Shown in pieces: positions 9,730 to 23,706 of a DNA stretch of 25,377 bases. Position 1 is the stretch's first letter. Each line of letters starts with the position of its first letter. Both the position numbers and the translations under genes were made by a program. The notes beneath the pieces were generated by a model. It made no database searches and was not told where the DNA came from. It saw only the letters and a list, made by a program, of their open reading frames with translations. The stretch is taken from contig NC_001263.1 of assembly GCF_000008565.1 (NCBI RefSeq), forward strand, positions 949,067 to 974,443, written 5' to 3'. Origin of the DNA: Deinococcus radiodurans R1 = ATCC 13939 = DSM 20539. GTDB lineage: Bacteria > Deinococcota > Deinococci > Deinococcales > Deinococcaceae.

Positions 9730-9730
9730 T

Positions 9731-10060
9731 TCATTCCAGCGGCAACTGCGGGTGCATTCCCTCCGTTTCCAGTGCCTGCCACACCGCCTGACGCAGGCCC
9801 CGCAGGTCGACGCCGCCGTACTCGTCGGGCAGCGTGCCCAGGTACTTTTCCGCCTTGTAGAAGTTGCGGTGCGCGAGGCTGCCGTGGTGCCAGCGTTTGT
9901 GCAGGGCGGCGGCGAGCAGGATCAGCGCCTGCACGAAGGCCCGCTCCTCGCCGCTGGACACCCGCCAGACGTCTTCCCAGGCTTCGTGGGCTTCCCACCA
10001 GTGCCCGGCGTTGAAAAGGTCGGCGCCGCGCCGCAATTCGGGGTTCATGCGGGCCAGCAT
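9731..10060 (-). CDS. DUF309-family protein
   Basis: 'GADLFNAGHWWEAHEAWEDVW...ALILLAAALHKRWHHGS' matches the DUF309 signature (FN-G-[YW]-EAHE-WE-W). A TAACCT hexamer lies 7 nt upstream of ATG 10060. ATG 10048 is an alternative start. Confidence 0.75.
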   Translation of the reverse strand: MLARMNPELRRGADLFNAGHWWEAHEAWEDVWRVSSGEERAFVQALILLAAALHKRWHHGSLAHRNFYKAEKYLGTLPDEYGGVDLRGLRQAVWQALETEGMHPQLPLE

Positions 10061-10067
10061 ACCCGGC

Positions 10068-10073
10068 AGGTTA
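10068..10073 (-). promoter_or_regulatory. -10-like hexamer TAACCT (minus strand), 7 nt upstream of the DUF309 ATG
   Basis: The plus strand reads AGGTTA at 10068-10073. The spacer is 10061-10067. Confidence 0.4.
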
Positions 10074-10129
10074 AGGCTGGCTCAGCCTGTCCCCATGCCC
10101 CGCCTATCCGCCGACATGCGGGAGGGGGG

Positions 10130-10135
10130 TATAGT
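10130..10135 (+). promoter_or_regulatory. -10 hexamer TATAGT, 7 nt upstream of the trxA ATG (leaderless-type)
   Basis: Near-consensus TATAGT at 10130-10135, spacer tccgaac, then ATG 10143. Confidence 0.5.
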
Positions 10136-10142
10136 TCCGAAC

Positions 10143-10472
10143 ATGAAGCCTGTGGAACTCACGGACGGCAACTTTACGAGCGAAATCGCGCAGGGCCTGA
10201 CCCTGGTCGACTTCTGGGCGCCCTGGTGTGGCCCTTGCCGCATCATTGCCCCGGTCATCGAAGAACTCGCCGGTCAGTACGAAGGCCGCGTCAAGGTCGC
10301 CAAGGTCAACGTCGACGACAACCCCGCCACCAGCGGCCAGTTCCGCGTCATGAGCATCCCCACCATGATCCTGTTCAAGGACGGCCAGCCGGTCGAAGGC
10401 ATGGTTGGTGCTCAGCCCAAGCGGGCCTTCGAGTCGGTGCTCGACAAGCACCTCGGGGTCGCTGTCAACTGA
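10143..10472 (+). CDS. trxA: Thioredoxin
   Basis: Active site 'FWAPWCGPCR', 'KVNVDDNP' and 'SIPTMILFKDG' are present. The start is at ATG 10143, giving 109 aa. The ORF-track start at 9864 runs antisense through the DUF309 gene. ATG 10116 is a less likely alternative. Confidence 0.93.
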   Translation: MKPVELTDGNFTSEIAQGLTLVDFWAPWCGPCRIIAPVIEELAGQYEGRVKVAKVNVDDNPATSGQFRVMSIPTMILFKDGQPVEGMVGAQPKRAFESVLDKHLGVAVN

Positions 10473-10521
10473 TTTTCAAGCCCTCATTCCCCAGTCGACA
10501 ATTGAAAAAGAAAACTGGGAT

Positions 10522-10556
10522 AGAAGCAGAAGCCGCGGGCCTCTGCTTCTTTTTTG
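10522..10556. terminator. Bidirectional terminator between trxA and the convergent hydrolase gene
   Basis: AGAAGCAGA-agccgcgggcc-TCTGCTTCT followed by TTTTT. A-rich sequence on the other side serves the minus strand. Confidence 0.75.
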
Positions 10557-10564
10557 CTGTGGGT

Positions 10565-11152
10565 TCAAAACCGCGTAAAGCCCTGCGGGGTCCAAGCGTG
10601 CAGCACTTCGCTTAGCAGCACTTCTCCCTCGGGCCACTCGCCGTGGCCGCTGTCCACGTTGATATGCCCAGCCTCGCCCGCCATAACAAATGCGGCACCC
10701 CAGGCGTTGGCAAAGCTCTCGGCGCGCTCCGGCGTGCAAAACGGGTCGTTCTCGCTGGCAACGACGAGGGCGGGGAAGGGCAGGGGGTCGAGGGGTTGCG
10801 GCGCCATCTGGGCCACCGCCGGGAAGTCGGGGTGGGGCCGCTCCACGTCGGGCGGGGAGACTAATAGGGCGCCGCGCACCCGCTCGTGGCCGCCGAAGAG
10901 CCGCGCCCAGTGCGCCACCGTCGGCACGCCGCACGAGTGGGCGACGAGTATGAGTTCACCGGGGGTCGCCTCCACGACTTCCTGCAAGCGGGCAGCCCAG
11001 CTTGCGGGCGTCGGCCTGTCTGGGTAGTCCTGCCGTACCCGCGCTGCGCCGAACTTCTGTTCCCAAAGGCTTTGCCAGTGCCCCGGCCCGGAGTCGCCCA
11101 GGCCGGGCACGATGACCAGACGGGGGAGTTCACCTCCTCTACGGTCGGCCAT
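10565..11152 (-). CDS. Alpha/beta serine hydrolase, YdeN/RBBP9-like
   Basis: 'LVIVPGLGDSGPGHWQ', the nucleophile elbow 'LVAHSCG' and a C-terminal 'GHINVDSGHG' are present. ATG 11152 overlaps the upstream M42 stop in an ATGA. The longer ORF-track start at 11413 overlaps the M42 gene. Confidence 0.75.
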   Translation of the reverse strand: MADRRGGELPRLVIVPGLGDSGPGHWQSLWEQKFGAARVRQDYPDRPTPASWAARLQEVVEATPGELILVAHSCGVPTVAHWARLFGGHERVRGALLVSPPDVERPHPDFPAVAQMAPQPLDPLPFPALVVASENDPFCTPERAESFANAWGAAFVMAGEAGHINVDSGHGEWPEGEVLLSEVLHAWTPQGFTRF

Positions 11153-12183
11153 CAGGCGCCCACGTAGGCCAGCATCAGCGCGGCGGTGGCGTCCAGCGCG
11201 TCGGTGTGGGTGCGTTCGTAGGCGTGGCTGGCGTCTACCCCGGGGCCGATGAGCGCCACCGGGTAGTCGCCGCCCGCTCGCCAGGCCGCCGTGCCGTCGC
11301 TGGAGTAAAAGGGGTAGATGTCCACCCGCAACTCCACCCCGGCCCGCGCCGCCGCTGCCCGCAGGCGGTTGCCGAGCGCGTGGTCGTAGGGTCCGCCGCC
11401 GTCGGCCACGCACAGGGTGACGTGGTGCTCGCTGCTCGTCTGCCCGTCGCCCACTGCCGCCATATCCACCGCAATCAGCTCGTCGGTGTGCGGGGGAATG
11501 CCGGTGGCCGCGCCGTGTCCGACTTCCTCGTAGGTGGTGACGTGGAAGGCCACCGTCTTGACCGGGGGCGACTGCAACAATGCGCGGGTCACGGTCAGAA
11601 AGACCGCCACCGCCGCTTTGTTGTCGAGGTGCCGCGCCTTGACGTAGCCCGCCGGGGTCAGCCGAGGCCGGGCATCGAAGCTGACGAAATCGCCCACGCC
11701 GATGCCCAGGCCCCGCGTCTCGGCGGCGCTGCCGGTCACGGCGTCGAGGCGCACTTCCATCACGGCGGCTTCACGGCGCAGGTCGCGCAGGGCCGCGCCG
11801 TGGACATGGGTAGACTGCCGCACGTTGACCACCGTGCCGCTCACCGTCTCGCCGTTCTGACGGTGAACCAGCACGTCCTCGCCTTCCACTGTCGCCCAGT
11901 CGTAGCCGCCTAGAGGCCACAGCAGCAGGCGCCCATTCGGTTTGATGGCCTTGACCATCGCCCCCAGGGTGTCCACGTGGCCGCTGTAGGTGACGTGGCC
12001 CGCGCCGCTGCCGGGGACTTCCCAGGTCAGGGCGCCCTTGCGGGTGCGCTGCGACGGCACGCTCAGTTTGTGCAATTCGCCCTCCACCAGCGCCAGCGCC
12101 GCCTCCGTAAAGCCGGTAGGACTCGGCGTGGCGAGCAGACGCAGCAGCACGTCCAGGGTGTAGTCCAGTTGAAGACTGCTCAT
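11152..12183 (-). CDS. M42-family metallo-aminopeptidase (FrvX/YsdC-like)
   Basis: 'GHVDTLG', 'RHLDNKAAV', 'TYEEVGHGAA' and 'GPGVDASHAYERTH' are typical M42 metal-ligand regions. Both ends overlap neighbouring genes in ATGA. Confidence 0.8.
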   Translation of the reverse strand: MSSLQLDYTLDVLLRLLATPSPTGFTEAALALVEGELHKLSVPSQRTRKGALTWEVPGSGAGHVTYSGHVDTLGAMVKAIKPNGRLLLWPLGGYDWATVEGEDVLVHRQNGETVSGTVVNVRQSTHVHGAALRDLRREAAVMEVRLDAVTGSAAETRGLGIGVGDFVSFDARPRLTPAGYVKARHLDNKAAVAVFLTVTRALLQSPPVKTVAFHVTTYEEVGHGAATGIPPHTDELIAVDMAAVGDGQTSSEHHVTLCVADGGGPYDHALGNRLRAAAARAGVELRVDIYPFYSSDGTAAWRAGGDYPVALIGPGVDASHAYERTHTDALDATAALMLAYVGA

Positions 12184-12608
12184 GCCTGGCCTCCCTGCGC
12201 CTGGCCTCCCTGCGCCGCGCTGACCTGATAGCCGAGGTCACGGGCCGCCTGCGCCGTGGCCTCCAGTTCCTCACCAGGCAGTCCCAGCAGCGTCAGCTCG
12301 CGTACCGCCCGGCCCCGCAGCGCGGCGTCAAGGTCAGAGCCGGAAAAGGCGTCGGGGGCCTGCGCCCGCACCAGCACGTCGCCCGCCTCGGCGCGGAAGT
12401 CGGGGTAAAGAATCCAGCCCTTGCTGAAGGTCTCGCCGGCGCTGCCTTCCTCGCCGTCCCACTGCACCAGCGCAATCAGGTCGCCGTCGGCGCGGGCCTG
12501 CTCGACATGCCGCTGCCAGTCGCGGGCCACCTCGCGTTCGTCGGGTCGGTCATGCAGGTAATGGCGCTGGGCGCTGAGCAGCAGCAGGGCTCGGGGAGTG
12601 AGTGTCAT
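12180..12608 (-). CDS. Hypothetical protein with weak isochorismatase/cysteine-hydrolase-fold resemblance; catalytic residues not evident
   Basis: GC3 is high. 'ALLLLSAQ...' and 'DAFSGSDLDAALRGRAVRELTLLGL...ATAQAARDLGYQV' resemble the isochorismatase-family layout, but the usual Asp/Lys/Cys positions are not conserved by eye. A TATCAT hexamer lies 6 nt upstream of ATG 12608. The stop overlaps the M42 start in an ATGA. Confidence 0.55.
   Translation of the reverse strand: MTLTPRALLLLSAQRHYLHDRPDEREVARDWQRHVEQARADGDLIALVQWDGEEGSAGETFSKGWILYPDFRAEAGDVLVRAQAPDAFSGSDLDAALRGRAVRELTLLGLPGEELEATAQAARDLGYQVSAAQGGQAQGGQA
12184..12216. repeat. 15-bp tandem repeat (about 2.2 copies) inside a CDS 3' end
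   Basis: GCCTGGCCTCCCTGC occurs at 12184-12198 and 12199-12213, followed by GCC. It encodes the C-terminal 'AQGGQAQGGQA'. Confidence 0.9.
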
Positions 12609-12614
12609 GAGCGG

Positions 12615-12620
12615 ATGATA
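12615..12620 (-). promoter_or_regulatory. -10-like hexamer TATCAT (minus strand), 6 nt upstream of ATG 12608
   Basis: The plus strand reads ATGATA at 12615-12620. The spacer is 12609-12614. Confidence 0.45.
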
Positions 12621-12632
12621 AAGGCAGCGCGG

Positions 12633-12666
12633 CGCCCTGAGCGGTTGCCAGCTCGCATTCAGGGCG
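12633..12666 (-). terminator. Hairpin after the CPGC-protein gene (terminator-like, weak U tract)
   Basis: CGCCCTGA (12633-12640) pairs with TCAGGGCG (12659-12666), with an inner GCG/CGC stem. It lies 5 nt after the stop at 12672. Confidence 0.35.
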
Positions 12667-12671
12667 GGCCG

Positions 12672-13124
12672 TCAGGGGCGGGAAGCCGCCGCCCACTCGG
12701 CCAGCAGGTACTCCAGCCGGGTCTGCGCGTTCTCCTGGCTGCCGTAGACGCTGCGGAGCAACTCGCCGCCCGGCGCAAAGGCCAGCCAGTGCGGCGTGCC
12801 CTCGGTTTGCCACTCGCGGGCAAACGAGCCGTCTAGGTCGAGGGCCACAGGAAAGGGCAGCTTGGCGAAGTCGCGCGCAAACTTCACCAGCGTCGGCTCC
12901 ACTTCCTCCCGCGTCAGCTGCCGGTGCCCGAAACTGGTGTGGACCGCCAGCAAATGCACCTGTTCGCCGTACTCCGCGTGCAGCCGCTTGAGAAAGGGGA
13001 TGCCGCGCGACACGCAGCCGGGGCATTCCAGATTGAAAGTCATGAGTAGGCCGGGCCGCCCCCACTCGGTCGGCGGGGGCAGGGGAGAGCCGTGAACGAA
13101 ATCGGCGGGGTCAGGCCAGCGCAT
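12672..13124 (-). CDS. Thioredoxin-fold thiol:disulfide oxidoreductase (TlpA/ResA-like, CPGC motif)
   Basis: 'LLMTFNLECPGCVSRGIPFLKRL' and 'LPFPVALDLDGS...GTPHWLAF' are present. A TAGACT hexamer lies 6 nt upstream of ATG 13124. Confidence 0.75.
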   Translation of the reverse strand: MRWPDPADFVHGSPLPPPTEWGRPGLLMTFNLECPGCVSRGIPFLKRLHAEYGEQVHLLAVHTSFGHRQLTREEVEPTLVKFARDFAKLPFPVALDLDGSFAREWQTEGTPHWLAFAPGGELLRSVYGSQENAQTRLEYLLAEWAAASRP

Positions 13125-13130
13125 GGGGAG

Positions 13131-13136
13131 AGTCTA
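13131..13136 (-). promoter_or_regulatory. -10-like hexamer TAGACT (minus strand), 6 nt upstream of ATG 13124
   Basis: The plus strand reads AGTCTA at 13131-13136. The spacer is 13125-13130. Confidence 0.45.
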
Positions 13137-13158
13137 CGCAGTCGGCAGCACCCGGCGT

Positions 13159-13617
13159 TCAGAACTCGACATGAATCAGGCAGAAAAGCTGCCCGGCGGG
13201 GTGCCAGATGACGTAGCTGTCGAGAGTGCCGGGGCCCGCCTTGCCCACCGCGTAAAACTTCAATTCAGCATCGGGCCGCCTGAGCAGGTCACCACAGGTG
13301 TCCCAGCCTCCCATCACCCGACGAATCGAGTTGGGTTCTGCGGGAGAGAGGTAAGGCTGAAGCCGTAGCTTTTCGCCCTGGACTACTGCCTGCGAGGTGT
13401 AGATGGTGTCGCCAAAGCCGAAAGCGCCATGTTGCTCGCTCTGAAGAACTTTCGCCGCTGCCGGATTCTGGAACAGGGCCCCCAGCGCCCGCGTCGGCCT
13501 CGCGCTGGAGAAGACGGCAGATTCGTAAAAAGTGCCTGCCAGCAGAGCGAGAAGCCCCAGGCCCAGCAAAGCCACTGGAACCAGGGCCACCGCAAGGACC
13601 GCACGCCAGAACGTCAT
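13159..13617 (-). CDS. Hypothetical membrane-anchored protein
   Basis: The N-terminal TM segment is 'AVLAVALVPVALLGLGLLALLAG'. It is the longest ORF in the interval. Codon usage is less GC3-biased than in the neighbours. I found no convincing SD or -10 at the start. Confidence 0.55.
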   Translation of the reverse strand: MTFWRAVLAVALVPVALLGLGLLALLAGTFYESAVFSSARPTRALGALFQNPAAAKVLQSEQHGAFGFGDTIYTSQAVVQGEKLRLQPYLSPAEPNSIRRVMGGWDTCGDLLRRPDAELKFYAVGKAGPGTLDSYVIWHPAGQLFCLIHVEF

Positions 13618-13692
13618 GCCTTACTCTGCCCGTTGTAACCATCAGCGGTCATCCATCTTTTGGCGCAGACTTTACCCTTTGGGCAATAAGCC

Positions 13693-13720
13693 AAAAAAAC
13701 CCGGCCCTCAAGGGACCGGG
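13693..13720 (-). terminator. Rho-independent terminator of ndh
   Basis: The minus strand reads CCCGGTCCC-ttga-GGGCCGGG followed by TTTTTTT. Confidence 0.8.
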
Positions 13721-13737
13721 AAGCTGAGACGTTGGGC

Positions 13738-14877
<1,140 letters not shown>

Positions 14878-14888
14878 CTTCAAAACTC

Positions 14889-14906
14889 CTGTGAAAGTAT
14901 TCACGA
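14889..14906 (-). promoter_or_regulatory. Candidate Rex operator immediately upstream of ndh
   Basis: cTGTGAA-AGTA-TTCACgA compared with the Rex consensus TTGTGAA-N4-TTCACAA. The core palindrome TGTGAA/TTCACG matches at 11 of 12 positions. On the minus strand it contains a TACTTT -10-like hexamer and abuts the ndh SD. Confidence 0.6.
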
Positions 14907-15080
14907 GCCGAGGCCGAAAAAAGCAGCCCGCAAAAGGTGCCGGGACTTTCGCCCGGCGTTCGGGTCAAGTGTACACCTTTACGCTCGGCGAATGGCCTTC
15001 TGCTCACACTGCCCAGCGCCCCTGGCCTTGAGCGGATCTTGAATCGCCGGACAGGGGCCCAAAAGTGGCGCCAGCACAGC

Positions 15081-15108
15081 AAAAGACGCCCCGCGTGGGG
15101 GCGCCTGT
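15081..15108 (-). terminator. Rho-independent terminator of the sdh operon
   Basis: The minus strand reads GACAGGCGCCCC-cacgc-GGGGCGTC followed by TTTTG. Confidence 0.7.
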
Positions 15109-15119
15109 CGGGTGAGTGT

Positions 15120-15914
<795 letters not shown>

Positions 15915-15979
15915 AACTGTTCCTTATCAGAGGGGCGAGGCGGCGTCTGCGAGAGCAGGCACGCTTGGCCCCTCCGCCG

Positions 15980-17731
<1,752 letters not shown>

Positions 17732-17799
17732 GAATGTTCCTCTCTCAGAAGATGTGGTGCTCTGAATGTCGCCTCAGCCGGCAACGTCGCCAGCGGGGC

Positions 17800-18176
<377 letters not shown>

Positions 18177-18177
<1 letters not shown>

Positions 18178-18533
18178 CAGTAGCCTCCCAGTATGCGCGG
18201 AAACTGTGCCCAGGCCGCGTAGAGGGTCGCCAGCGCCGTAATCGCCAGCACGCCGTACCACATCTGGCGCTGATACGCCACGCCCGCACCCGCAAAGTCC
18301 ATCACGATGATGCGCAGGCCGTTGAAGGCGTGGTACACAACGCCCGCGACCACCGCAATCAAGCCGACGCGGAAGATGCCCAGGTCATAGACATGGTGAA
18401 TACGCATGTAAAACTCTTCGCCCAAGATCACCGACCCGATGCTGAACACGTGCAGCATCAGGTACAGCAGAATCGCCAGTCCAGACAGGCGGTGCAGCAG
18501 GAAGGCCCACTGCCCTTCTCTCCCTTTGTACAT
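18177..18533 (-). CDS. sdhC: Succinate dehydrogenase cytochrome b subunit
   Basis: 'LHRLSGLAILLYLMLH' is typical of SdhC. SD GGGAGGA lies upstream of ATG 18533. It is the first gene of the sdhCDAB order. Confidence 0.85.
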
Positions 18534-18744
18534 TCCTCAGTCCTCCCTCATTGCCCGGCCCCCCACTCCCCCAGGAAGGTGGAAAGCCGCTTTGCCATGT
18601 CTCGTGATGGGTGCGCCCGGCGCCGCATCACCTGCGTTAGACCTTTAGAGCATACCACCGCCTTTTCCCCCTTTAGGGGGCACTCCGGAAGGTGTCCCAA
18701 CTGCGAAACCGTTACTGCATGGGGAAATCGGTATGCTGCCGGAC

Positions 18745-18966
18745 ATGACCAAGCCCGAACCCGACCTGCGCAGCGAAGTCGAGTACCTGCGCAAACTCAA
18801 CCTCGCCCTGCTGACACTGCTGGAGAAAAAGGGCGTCCTGAGCGACGCCGAAGTGCAGACCGTCCTGCGCACCGCCCACCGCGCCGCCTACCCGCCCAAG
18901 GCCCCGCAGCCGGTCGGCCCGGCATTGCTCGGCACACGCTGGGTGAAGGCCGAAGACGAGAAATAA
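18745..18966 (+). CDS. Small hypothetical protein (73 aa, or 77 aa from ATG 18733)
   Basis: GC3 is high throughout. A TATGCT hexamer at 18732-18737 lies 7 nt upstream of ATG 18745. A helical N-terminal half 'EVEYLRKLNLALLTLLEKKGVLSDAEVQTVL' is followed by a Pro-rich tail. Confidence 0.5.
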   Translation: MTKPEPDLRSEVEYLRKLNLALLTLLEKKGVLSDAEVQTVLRTAHRAAYPPKAPQPVGPALLGTRWVKAEDEK

Positions 18967-18993
18967 ACCGGCATCCGGCCACCTGAACAAACA

Positions 18994-19024
18994 GGAGCTA
19001 CAGCCCCGGCTGCGGCTCCTTTTG
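18994..19024 (+). terminator. Hairpin plus T tract after the small ORF (overlaps the 3' end of the convergent PAP2 CDS)
   Basis: GGAGCtaCAGCC-ccgg-CTGcgGCTCC followed by TTTTG. Confidence 0.45.
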
Positions 19025-19834
19025 CTTGGTGTCCCAGATGCCTGATGCGGTATGCGGCAGCCAGCGCCCCAGCAGCAGCGGCACCCCGTGCAGCGCGACG
19101 AGCACCACGGCGGCGTACCGCAGCGCCCGCAGCAGCGGCGAGTGCCCCAGAGCACCCAGCGCCGCGCCCAGGCCCAGGTAGACGGCGAAAATCAGCACGA
19201 GGCCGAGCACGCCCACGACCAGCCGTCCGGCCCAGTCATGCGGCGGGGCAAAGTCAGCTCGTCCGGCCCAGTACCCGGCGAGCAGGCCCAGTCCGGCGCT
19301 GTACTCGCGGGGCGTACCGGCGGGCAGCAAGGCACTCAGCGCCAGCAGCACCAGTGGAATGGCCCAGCGCCCGGCACCTTGCTGGTTGAACTGGCCGTGC
19401 GTCCCCAAATACGCGAAGGCGAGGCCGAGCAGCAGGCCCACCACCACGTCCGACGGAAAATGGACGTGCAGCACGAGGCGCGAGGCGATGATCAGCGCGA
19501 CGAGCACCGCCGCGAACAGCGTGAACGCGGGCCGCCGCACCTGCGCCGCGATGCCGAGCCAGAGGGTGGCGCTCATCTGCGCGTGGCCGCTCGGCAGGCC
19601 GGGGCCGCCCGCCGTGGCCCGCGCCGCTGCGGAGGCGAGCGCCGGGTCGTCGGTAAAGGGCCGGGGCAGGTTCAGCCCGTACTTGAGCGCCGAGTTCACC
19701 AGATAACTCAGCGCGAAGGCCACGCCGAGGTCGCGCCCGCCACGCGGACTCACGAGCAAGGTGTAGAGGCTGAGCACCACGAGAAAGACCTCGTCGCGGC
19801 CCAGGGAAGTGATTGCCAACCACAGGGAGTCCAT
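18998..19834 (-). CDS. PAP2-family phosphatase (PgpB/undecaprenyl-diphosphatase-like) with an extra C-terminal membrane domain
   Basis: The PAP2 motifs are 'KYGLNLPRP', 'PSGH' and '[12 protein letters not shown]'. There are multiple TM segments. Confidence 0.8.
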   Translation of the reverse strand: MDSLWLAITSLGRDEVFLVVLSLYTLLVSPRGGRDLGVAFALSYLVNSALKYGLNLPRPFTDDPALASAAARATAGGPGLPSGHAQMSATLWLGIAAQVRRPAFTLFAAVLVALIIASRLVLHVHFPSDVVVGLLLGLAFAYLGTHGQFNQQGAGRWAIPLVLLALSALLPAGTPREYSAGLGLLAGYWAGRADFAPPHDWAGRLVVGVLGLVLIFAVYLGLGAALGALGHSPLLRALRYAAVVLVALHGVPLLLGRWLPHTASGIWDTKQKEPQPGL

Positions 19835-19890
19835 ACGCCGCAGTGTGGCAGTTTTTGGGGTCTGCCCCGCTCGCCCCGCCGGTCATCCTC

Positions 19891-19896
19891 TATCCT
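19891..19896 (+). promoter_or_regulatory. -10-like hexamer TATCCT, 6 nt upstream of the ABC ATPase ATG
   Basis: TATCCT, spacer gccccc, then ATG 19903. Confidence 0.45.
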
Positions 19897-19902
19897 GCCC
19901 CC

Positions 19903-21468
<1,566 letters not shown>

Positions 21469-21489
21469 ACGCAGGCAAAGAGAGAAAAG

Positions 21490-21530
21490 GAGAGGGGCGG
21501 CCAATACGCGGGGCCGCCCCTCTCTATTTC
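21490..21530. terminator. Bidirectional terminator between the convergent ABC ATPase and permease genes
   Basis: GAGAGGGGCGGCC-aatacgcg-GGGCCGCCCCTCTC followed by TATTTCGTT. A CTTTTCTCTCTTT tract follows on the minus strand. Confidence 0.8.
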
Positions 21531-21540
21531 GTTGCTGCTG

Positions 21541-22539
<999 letters not shown>

Positions 22540-22543
22540 GGGT

Positions 22544-23581
<1,038 letters not shown>

Positions 23582-23692
23582 GGGGCACCTCCAGGGGGGC
23601 CGAAGCGGTTCTTACCCCGACATTGCAGTTTGTGCATATGCTCCGCAGTTTAAAGCGCTGGGGGGGCGGATGCGCCGGCGCGTTCTAGGGCG

Positions 23693-23698
23693 TACTTT
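23693..23698 (+). promoter_or_regulatory. -10-like hexamer TACTTT, 8 nt upstream of ATG 23707
   Basis: TANNNT with a slightly long spacer. Confidence 0.3.
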
Positions 23699-23706
23699 GT
23701 AAGCGT

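Noticed and set aside
9864-10142. 5' extensions of ORF-track calls: trxA from 9864, hydrolase to 11413, sdhD to 18261, ABC ATPase from 19813, ndh GTG 14904, trpB TTG 7438
   Set aside because: The extensions overlap neighbouring well-supported genes or promoter elements and add non-homologous N-termini. The internal starts have ATGA coupling, an SD or a correctly spaced -10 hexamer.
18534-18732. Second Rex box upstream of sdhC, or upstream of the rex operon at 2719-3045
   Set aside because: No TGTGAA/TTCACA-type palindrome is present. The GTGATG...CATCAC repeat has the wrong half-site and spacing.
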